Source: a virus | Reading direction: 5' to 3' (one strand) | DNA: 39,436 nucleotides | IMG/VR virus record: IMGVR_UViG_3300045988_020061 | Shown here: positions 1 through 6,585 of the stretch, piece by piece | Position numbering within the stretch: position 1 is the stretch's first letter | Layout: each line of letters opens with the position of its first letter | Translations under genes and position numbers: made by a program | The notes under the pieces: generated by a model | Database searches by the model: none | Told to the model about the DNA's origin: nothing | The model's input: the letters and a program-made list of their open reading frames with translations, nothing else

Positions 1-23
1 TGTGCCGGTATGACCTTTCGGTG
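1..23. repeat. Left copy of the 23-nt terminal direct repeat TGTGCCGGTATGACCTTTCGGTG
   Basis: Identical to 39414..39436 by direct comparison. Confidence 0.95.
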
Positions 24-134
24 CCAGAAGGTGCGCCCAATACCGGCGGCGCATAGAAGGGAGGAAAAGTGATGATTGGGAAATCGCGTGAATGACCATG
101 TCCTATCATCCACTGTACCTATTGTAGCACATCA

Positions 135-599
135 TTAGGTGGAATCTGTATCACCTTTCACGAGTAACCCTGCATATTTCGCTATATCATGCAGGAATCT
201 TTCCTTCCGGCGGCTGAATGTTGCCTCGCTAATCCCTGGAATCACGATCCGATTACGGGCATACTTGTGCTTGCCTTGGCAGTTGCGCATAATGCCATAT
301 ATTAGCTGCCGCCGGATTGTATCGCTGCCGATATCTCTGCCGCAGCGGTCTATAGCGTATTCCACCGCCAGCATCTTCTGCGTCTCCGGCCATCTCTCTA
401 TGGCGGCCAGCTGCTCCGCCTTACTCTCGGCAGGCCTACCAGTGCCCGATCCAGTTGGCATGCCCTCTGTGGCGCTATGCGTACCGTCCAGGATCTCCGC
501 CCGGGCCTCGCGATACGCCCGCACCCGGCGCGGATACCCACGCACATAAGCAATGCACTCCAACCGCACGTCATAAGGCAGTGTCGCCTTTTTGCTCAT
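135..599 (-). CDS. Putative late-gene transcriptional regulator (RinA/ArpU/sigma region-4-like)
   Basis: ATG at 599 follows an AAGGAGGG RBS. It is the last gene of the early operon and lies directly upstream, across the circle junction, of the packaging genes. The C-terminal segment GISEATFSRRKERFLHDIA looks like an HTH. The family assignment is from memory only. Confidence 0.45.
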   Translation of the reverse strand: MSKKATLPYDVRLECIAYVRGYPRRVRAYREARAEILDGTHSATEGMPTGSGTGRPAESKAEQLAAIERWPETQKMLAVEYAIDRCGRDIGSDTIRRQLIYGIMRNCQGKHKYARNRIVIPGISEATFSRRKERFLHDIAKYAGLLVKGDTDST

Positions 600-609
600 T
601 TGCCCTCCT

Positions 610-903
610 TTACTCCGCACTGTTCACCAGCTTATATTCGCCCCGCAGGGCCTTTTCGATGTCCGCCATCTTGATATATCCGTTGTTTTTGGCCTCCACC
701 AGCTCCACAAGGCGCTGCTGTAAGTATTCCAGGCTACGGGTGTCGTGCTCGTTCGCCGTCTCCTCCCGCACATGGAATCCGCACTTGTCCAGCAGTACGC
801 AGGACACATTGTCCATGCACTGCTTGGTGCCATCCAGGCGGCCCAGCTCGTATGCCTTGGCTGGATTATTTGGCACCGGTCTTCCGTTTGCCCTTTTGAG
901 CAT
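610..903 (-). CDS. Hypothetical protein, paralog of 6309..6584
   Basis: GTKQCMDNVSCVLLDKCGFHVREETANEHDTRSLEYL aligns with GTQECMDMVAMALIDKCGWHVQEETLDSRDTHSIAYL from 6309..6584. The start was moved to the internal ATG (MLKRANG), which matches the paralog's length. Confidence 0.6.
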   Translation of the reverse strand: MLKRANGRPVPNNPAKAYELGRLDGTKQCMDNVSCVLLDKCGFHVREETANEHDTRSLEYLQQRLVELVEAKNNGYIKMADIEKALRGEYKLVNSAE

Positions 904-1030
904 CGCTATTACCCCTTTCCTCGTATTTGCATACGCCCGGTGTATTTGCCACTGGGCAGAAGTCTGCACACGCTGGGCAATCTGCGTTAACGCAAACCTC
1001 GTCTTGCATCCACTTGCATTCATCATTCAT
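866..1030 (-). CDS. Small Cys-rich protein with a ferredoxin-like spacing C-x4-C-x2-C-x3-CP
   Basis: MNDECKWMQDEVCVNADCPACADFCPV... GGAGGT RBS lies 7 nt upstream of the ATG at 1030. The gene overlaps both of its neighbours. Confidence 0.5.
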   Translation of the reverse strand: MNDECKWMQDEVCVNADCPACADFCPVANTPGVCKYEERGNSDAQKGKRKTGAK

Positions 1031-1280
1031 CGCTTTTACCTCCGTTCTCAATCGCCACAAGCAGTTTGACAACTCTCCCGTCTTTTAACATCCACTCATA
1101 GCCGCCAGAGGACTTGTCACCGTGCAGACCACCAAGACATTTCTGTATTAAATAGTCGCGCACAGCACATAAGGCTTCATCTGTACACTCCGTTTTATTC
1201 TGCCACAGGTTCTTGTTCTTACTGTTTAATGTACCCGCGTAAATCCCAAACGCGCCGCATCCAACATGGTATTCAGTCAT
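1023..1280 (-). CDS. Hypothetical protein
   Basis: 85-aa ORF in the co-directional early operon, with overlapping start and stop relative to its neighbours. Confidence 0.55.
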   Translation of the reverse strand: MTEYHVGCGAFGIYAGTLNSKNKNLWQNKTECTDEALCAVRDYLIQKCLGGLHGDKSSGGYEWMLKDGRVVKLLVAIENGGKSDE

Positions 1281-1725
1281 TGTCAGTCATCCTCTCAAAT
1301 CTAATTTTCATCTGCGCTGGGTATAAATCCACCTCCGGGCGGCGCTTTCCCGTCCATCGCAAGCCACCAGCCTGTCCCACGCATTTCCATCCACTGGCTT
1401 TCAAACTCGTTCCGCTTTCGCTGTCCAGTATGTAGGTCACAAGCCGTTTATAGCCCATTGCCTTTGCTGCCCGCCATGCGGCGGCGTAAAGCATAGAGCA
1501 GGCGTTCCGTGTGCCATCCGTGCATAGCCGGTTTACTTCCAGTGTCCACTCATCGTCAAGGTGCCGAGAAACTGGCCGTCCAACAATGGCAACTCCAACA
1601 ATTTCCTCTCCGTTAGAGCACCCGATGGAAAATTTATGTCCAACTACAGCCCCGTGGTGTCTGTGGTGTTGTTCCACATAGGCGTTTGCCTCTTTTAGCG
1701 TCATCGGGCAAATTTCAAGCATCAT
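1273..1725 (-). CDS. GNAT-fold protein, XF1762-like family
   Basis: LKEANAYVEQHHRHHGAVVGHKFSIG...GVAIVGRPVSRHLDDEWTLEVNRLCTDGTRNACSMLYAAAWRAAKAMGYKRLVTY matches my memory of this small phage-associated acetyltransferase-fold family. The start shares a TAATG overlap with the upstream stop. Confidence 0.6.
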   Translation of the reverse strand: MMLEICPMTLKEANAYVEQHHRHHGAVVGHKFSIGCSNGEEIVGVAIVGRPVSRHLDDEWTLEVNRLCTDGTRNACSMLYAAAWRAAKAMGYKRLVTYILDSESGTSLKASGWKCVGQAGGLRWTGKRRPEVDLYPAQMKIRFERMTDND

Positions 1726-2093
1726 TATTTCTCCTCCGGCGGTTTCGGTAAAGGCATCCAAGCCAAAACCTTCGCTTTCTGTCCTTGCGCTACCTCGCCG
1801 CCCCAATTCCCGTTAAACTGGTATCCGATACCGAAGGTTTGATACATTCGGTAATACTCTCCGAAGCGGAAATACTCGTACCAGCAAAGCACATCCTGCC
1901 CCTCCGGTGGAAGTTTTTCATCAGTAAGAACCCAATACACCACCGGGGCCACATCAGCGGCTGGCAAATTCTCCGCATATTCCAACACCGTTTCAATGCC
2001 GTTTATAAAATGCTCATTGCCGTTCTCTCTGTCGTAATGATCGCGGCGGATGGGGAATTGCATCAACGCGCCTCGCTCGATGTATTCAGCCAT
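1725..2093 (-). CDS. Hypothetical protein (DUF551-like C-terminal part)
   Basis: 122-aa ORF. The W..LTDEKLPPEGQDVLCWY segment resembles DUF551-type phage proteins. Confidence 0.5.
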   Translation of the reverse strand: MAEYIERGALMQFPIRRDHYDRENGNEHFINGIETVLEYAENLPAADVAPVVYWVLTDEKLPPEGQDVLCWYEYFRFGEYYRMYQTFGIGYQFNGNWGGEVAQGQKAKVLAWMPLPKPPEEK

Positions 2094-2394
2094 TGTCTAA
2101 AATTCCCCTCCATACTTTTTCGTAGTCAGCCGTTTCATAGTCTATTTTCAGATGCTTTTCTCGGAGCATGTTGTTCAGTGCCCTGACGCATGGGCGTCCA
2201 TACGTATTATCCTCACAGTAATCACACATACTGCCAAATCCGCAGCACCCAAAAGGGCTATATTTGTGCTCGTTAGCCGCAAATTGTTCGTTACTCCATT
2301 TCTGAAAGCCGTTTTCCCATTTCCGTTTAGTTCTATCTGCATCGGTATGTGGTTGATTCTCCGATGCGTCATATAGTTGCATTTGGTCAGCCAT
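2086..2394 (-). CDS. Hypothetical protein
   Basis: 102-aa ORF in the operon, with a Cys cluster CCGFGSMCDYC. Confidence 0.5.
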   Translation of the reverse strand: MADQMQLYDASENQPHTDADRTKRKWENGFQKWSNEQFAANEHKYSPFGCCGFGSMCDYCEDNTYGRPCVRALNNMLREKHLKIDYETADYEKVWRGILDNG

Positions 2395-2396
2395 TG

Positions 2397-2591
2397 TCAG
2401 CCCTCCTCACAGTAAAATCTGGAAATATCATCCATACGCCAGCGAACCGTGTCCGAAATAGTGGAGTATAGGTACCCGCCCTCCATGTGTACGGACTGCA
2501 CACCGTATACCTGCCGCGGATTCGTGAAATGCCCGAATTGCTTTTTCATGTGTTCCTCAACCTCGTCCTTGAAGATAATAGTCAGTTTCAT
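2397..2591 (-). CDS. Hypothetical protein
   Basis: ATG (MKLTIIFKDE...) shares an ATGA overlap with the stop of 2588..3148. Confidence 0.45.
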   Translation of the reverse strand: MKLTIIFKDEVEEHMKKQFGHFTNPRQVYGVQSVHMEGGYLYSTISDTVRWRMDDISRFYCEEG

Positions 2592-3148
2592 TCCATTTCC
2601 TCCACATAGCACCAGCTCTGGGGCGGGCGTTCTAAAAAGCATCCTGAATTTTTGCAATCAGGGCAGTCTTTTTTTGCAAGCCCAAGATCAGCATAAAAAC
2701 AGTCGCGGTTGTTTTTCTTGAACTCTCGTAACTCTCGCGGCTTATCGTAGATTTTCAGGTTGGAGATATGCCAGCCGTAAAGCGGTGTTCCGTGCCCATA
2801 ATCCCATAGTGCCCCATTTTCAAGACAAGTCTGTAATACATAATCATCGTCAATGTCATAGATGCCATACGGTTCGTTTGCTGGGGCAAGTCTATCTATG
2901 CGGTCGCAGGTGAACTCGCCAATGACATTGCCCTTGCGGTCTGCCCACTTGCCGCGGTTCCACTTGGCAACATCACGCCCAAGATCAACTCGAAAAAACT
3001 CGTTACAGCCTTGCAGCGTGCAGTAGATATAGCACTTAAACGGCGTGTTCATCTTCGGGCGCGTCTTGCGCACCTCAATAGTCTTTTCCCCGCTGCAAAT
3101 TTTCTCGCACCACTTCGGGCGGACGCTCAGCATAACAGCCTTACTCAT
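2588..3148 (-). CDS. ASCH (PUA-like) domain protein
   Basis: N-terminus MSKAVMLSVRPKWCEKICSGEKTIEVRKTRPK is the typical ASCH opening. Confidence 0.6.
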   Translation of the reverse strand: MSKAVMLSVRPKWCEKICSGEKTIEVRKTRPKMNTPFKCYIYCTLQGCNEFFRVDLGRDVAKWNRGKWADRKGNVIGEFTCDRIDRLAPANEPYGIYDIDDDYVLQTCLENGALWDYGHGTPLYGWHISNLKIYDKPRELREFKKNNRDCFYADLGLAKKDCPDCKNSGCFLERPPQSWCYVEEME

Positions 3149-3644
3149 TCTTCGTCACCTCCAATGCTTTCTCCGCTTCCTCGCGGGTCAGAAATACGAT
3201 CTTGCCAAATCCGTTTAGCGACACGCCATACTCCCGCCCTCTGGCACCTATTGGCTCAAGGCCAATAAAGCCGATTTCATTGCCCATACCAATCTGCTTG
3301 ACCTCGCACTCTCTTATATGCTTATCCGTGTCCATCAAGGCGAACACCCGCTGTCCCACCTTGCACGGCAGCACCACCAGCCGCCCGTCCCTGTTGGCAT
3401 CGGCCAACTCGCGCAGGCGGTCGATGCCGCCACATTCTCCGATCACCGTGCAAAGTTCGCTCCAATCTTTTTGAAGTGCGGTCACGTACTCCGGCTCCAG
3501 CCCCGTGTCCTCGTATGCAGCGAGGCGTTCAACCAGACGGTCAAACGATGGGCAATCTATGCAACCCATGTCCACATTGCAGCTACCAGAACACTTCATG
3601 TAGTGGTCGGTGCCAAGATAGTGCTTTTCCGTCAGTCGTTCCAT
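3141..3644 (-). CDS. Hypothetical phage protein
   Basis: MERLTEKHY...AAYEDTGLEPE is a recurrent Clostridia-phage N-terminus. The start is set at the MERL ATG. Confidence 0.5.
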   Translation of the reverse strand: MERLTEKHYLGTDHYMKCSGSCNVDMGCIDCPSFDRLVERLAAYEDTGLEPEYVTALQKDWSELCTVIGECGGIDRLRELADANRDGRLVVLPCKVGQRVFALMDTDKHIRECEVKQIGMGNEIGFIGLEPIGARGREYGVSLNGFGKIVFLTREEAEKALEVTKNE

Positions 3645-3775
3645 CACTCCACCTCCCATTTCAGCTCTTCATATAGCTCACTGAACCGCTTGTTCCACTT
3701 CCTTAGCCCGAAGAAACAGTACACGCCCAACACAATCCACAGTCCGCTGGCGATGTCTTGCAACAGATTTTCCAT
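3644..3775 (-). CDS. 43-aa small hydrophobic peptide (absent from the ORF track)
   Basis: MENLLQDIASGLWIVLGVYCFFGLRKWNKRFSELYEELKWEVE. GGAGGTGGAGTG RBS. There are 1-nt TGATG overlaps at both ends, implying translational coupling. Confidence 0.45.
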   Translation of the reverse strand: MENLLQDIASGLWIVLGVYCFFGLRKWNKRFSELYEELKWEVE

Positions 3776-4140
3776 CACTCCACCTCCTGCATCCAATACT
3801 TCTTACGGCAGTCCATGCACATCATTCCCGTTGCGCATGTATCTTCCGGCGTTCTGTATTGTATGGGGTTCATCAGGCACGGCAAAATAGACAGCACGCC
3901 GCGTTCGTCAATCCTTGCCGCGGGCCACCGCGCCAAGAACTCGCTCTGCCGCGTCTTGCGCGGATGCTCCTCCGCCCACTTCTCGACGAGTTTTACCATC
4001 TTCTGCAGTTGATCGACTTCCCCGAAATCTCTCGGGAACACCGACGTAAAGCCGCAAAATTCGTTCGCATCGCATGTGTTGCAAGGCCCTGCATTGTTAC
4101 ACATCCGCTTCGCTTCGCTCAAAAACTTCATCGCATCCAT
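3775..4140 (-). CDS. Hypothetical Cys-rich protein
   Basis: Start set at MDAMKFLSEAKRMCNNAGPCNTCDANEFCGF. The longer ORF's N-terminus is Arg/Cys-rich junk that overlaps the upstream gene. Confidence 0.5.
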   Translation of the reverse strand: MDAMKFLSEAKRMCNNAGPCNTCDANEFCGFTSVFPRDFGEVDQLQKMVKLVEKWAEEHPRKTRQSEFLARWPAARIDERGVLSILPCLMNPIQYRTPEDTCATGMMCMDCRKKYWMQEVE

Positions 4141-4141
4141 A

Positions 4142-4333
4142 TTATTCTCCCTTCTCCAGCATGTCCGCCGCCGCCCGCAGATCATCCGGCAGCATAATTG
4201 GAACATCATAGATATTCGCCTCGGCCCACTCCGCGTATTCGCGCAGCATCGCAATAAGCCCCTCCCGCGTCGGCTTTTCGCCGATCGCGTCAGCCATTGC
4301 GCCCATAAACGTTCGGTCGTCAGTCAGTCCCAT
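4142..4333 (-). CDS. Hypothetical protein
   Basis: ATG (MGLTDDRTF...) preceded by a GGAGG RBS. Confidence 0.45.
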   Translation of the reverse strand: MGLTDDRTFMGAMADAIGEKPTREGLIAMLREYAEWAEANIYDVPIMLPDDLRAAADMLEKGE

Positions 4334-4401
4334 CGCCGCCTCCAAAAAGATCCATCCATTTTTACTCCCCTCACACTGCCACGATCTCGTCTCTTGTCAT
4401 G

Positions 4402-6296
4402 TCATTCCTCCCCAAACCACTTTTTCGTCACGGCGATGGGAAACGGCTCGATCTCGCTTGCCCATCGGGCTGTGCCTTTACCGTGTATGCGCTCCCAGCA
4501 AAGCGGGAATCCGCCTATGCCGTCAAACAGGCTCCCCAGCGTTGCCCGTTCCGGCAGATACCGCGCCATACGCCGCAGCATCCAGTCCCAGAAGGGCAGG
4601 GCGATGGAGTTGCCCAGCGCCTTGTAGCGCGGGCTGTCGCTGGGCTTGTGACGTTTTCCCTTGCCGTCTATCCACTCGCCGATGTCGGTCCATCGGTCCG
4701 GAAAACCTTGCAGCCGTTCACATTCCATCGGCGTCAGGCGGCGCACGACCATGTTCTGCCGGACTGTATTATTCAAGTTCAGGCTTTGCCCGCCGCCTTC
4801 TTTTGCTTGTAGCGTACCGTTTATCTCTCCACCCTCTCGGAAATTGCGGAAGTCTACGGCGCACACAAGGTCTGTGCTGTCCTTAAAGTCCCGTTGCTTG
4901 CAACTGCTTGCAACCTCGGCGGCGCGGTAATCTCCAAAACCATTCATCTGGTATGTAAGCGGCACTTGGTTTCCGCCCGTGCCCATTCTCGCCTGCAATG
5001 CTGGGACTTGCTCCCCGCACTCGCGGATGACGTCACAGGCGTGTGTCATGTCCAGCGCCACCACCGCGGGCTTATTCCCGCCGCACTCGGCGTTCAGTGT
5101 AGGAGACAGTTCCTCTTGATAGCCGATGCTCCGCGCCTGTTCACTATTGCCCAGCTTAAACCCGGCGCACAGTACGCTGTCCCGTGCCATTCCGCCGTTT
5201 TCATTGGCATTCAAACTGTGCCATGCGCCATCCTGATCGTACACCCTTGCACTCTGTGCATCCCAAGGATTCATACACATTACCCCGTGGCGGTCGCCGG
5301 CGGTCAGCGTGGGGGATGGGTCGCCTTCTTTGCCGATGCCAAGACCGTTGCCGCTGCCATCGTGGTTGCGGCTCTCTCCGCCGCCCTGCCATCTGGTGGC
5401 TTTGTCGTTGATGGGGATAGCCGTTGCAAATACGCCATGCGAATGTGCGGCAGAAATGGTGTTCGCCGGGTCACCCGGTTCTCCTACGCCAAATCCTGTT
5501 CCGCGACCTAACGCTTTGCAGCGCGTAGCCACCATCAGGTTAATAGGCGTGGGCGTGAAAATCGTCTGATCGTTGCCCGTACCAAGCGTTCCGCTTTTCT
5601 CCGTCTGCACTAAAGCGCCTTTTCCTCCTCCGTCACAGCCCCCCCCTGATGCGGACTGCATAAGAAGCACCGCTTTCAGCCGCTCCGGCAGATCCTTCCC
5701 CCGCCGCTCCGCTCTCCGCAAAATGCCCTGACACGCTTTCGCGGTCAAATTGTATTTGGGCAGCGGATTCACCTCCAAAATCTGCGACAACCGAGATTCT
5801 TCGGCGACGCTGTGGGGTCCCCAGACGGATAACATTTCCTGTACGGCTGTCTCGGATGGTTTTTCCCCAGTCCTTAGCGTCGTGAGTTCGCCAGGCGATA
5901 GACCACCCATCACCGTCGATGGCTCCTGCTTTTGTCCATTTCCACTTTTCCGGCAGTCCAGATAGAGAAAATCCTGGTTCTGCGATACGCGCAATTTCTT
6001 CCAGCACGGCGTGGAAGTCTTTTCCTCTGTTGCTGCTGAATGCTCCGACAACGTTCTCCCAAACGAGAAACCGAGGTCGGACCATGTTACCTGTCCGTCC
6101 ATTCCGTTTGTCCGCCTCCCTCATTTCTTTTACGATGCGCACCTGCTCCATAAACAAGCCGCTTCGCGCTCCCGCTAAACCGGCGCGTTTCCCAGCGATG
6201 GACAGATCCTGTCTAACAAGGTGAACCACCTGTAATACACCAAATGGGTTCAATCTCTGCCCCATTAATTTTCGTAATATCGCCTAAATGTTTCAC
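4402..6296 (-). pseudogene. C5 cytosine DNA methyltransferase, circularly permuted and split over three reading frames
   Basis: GGAGGTGA RBS plus GTG at 6296 opens MKHLGDITKINGAEIEPIWCITGGSPC, followed by TAG. A frame shifted by 4 nt continues QDLSIAGKRAGL (motif IV), ENV (VI) and PQRRRR (VIII). A third frame carries GGGKGALVQ, RRLTPMECERLQGFPD (IX) and YKALGNSIALP (X). That frame then runs in frame into TLGSLFDGIGGFPL...ASEIEPFPIAV (motifs I-II). Confidence 0.75.
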
Positions 6297-6308
6297 CTAA
6301 ATCACCTC

Positions 6309-6584
6309 CTAATCTCCAAACACAACGCCGCACTCGTCCTTCAGCACGTCCTTGATGTGCTTCCGCTTGATGCGGCCTTCGTTGATCTCCTGTGTGATCT
6401 TCTCAAGACATTTGTACAGGTACGCAATACTGTGGGTGTCGCGGCTGTCAAGCGTCTCCTCCTGGACGTGCCAGCCGCACTTGTCGATCAGTGCCATCGC
6501 CACCATGTCCATGCACTCCTGCGTGCCTCTGCGCTTGCCGTCCATAAAAATCCGGTCGTCCCGGCTCAAATGCTGCTTGCCCAT
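6309..6584 (-). CDS. Hypothetical protein, paralog of 610..903
   Basis: See 610..903. Its stop TAG overlaps the RBS of the methyltransferase. Confidence 0.6.
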   Translation of the reverse strand: MGKQHLSRDDRIFMDGKRRGTQECMDMVAMALIDKCGWHVQEETLDSRDTHSIAYLYKCLEKITQEINEGRIKRKHIKDVLKDECGVVFGD

Positions 6585-6585
6585 G

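Noticed and set aside
1-23. The terminal repeat could be a genuine packaged terminal redundancy or cos end.
   Set aside because: A 23-nt repeat is far shorter than typical DTRs and fits a circular-contig overlap. The terminase looks like a headful or pac type. The real termini cannot be inferred from the consensus.
6213-6215. TAG at the PCQ position might be a recoded Gln codon, as in stop-codon-reassigned phages.
   Set aside because: Reading through in the same frame gives TGSVHRWET rather than DLSIAGKR, and the canonical continuation is 4 nt out of phase. TAG is also used as a normal stop elsewhere, for example at 6309-6311.
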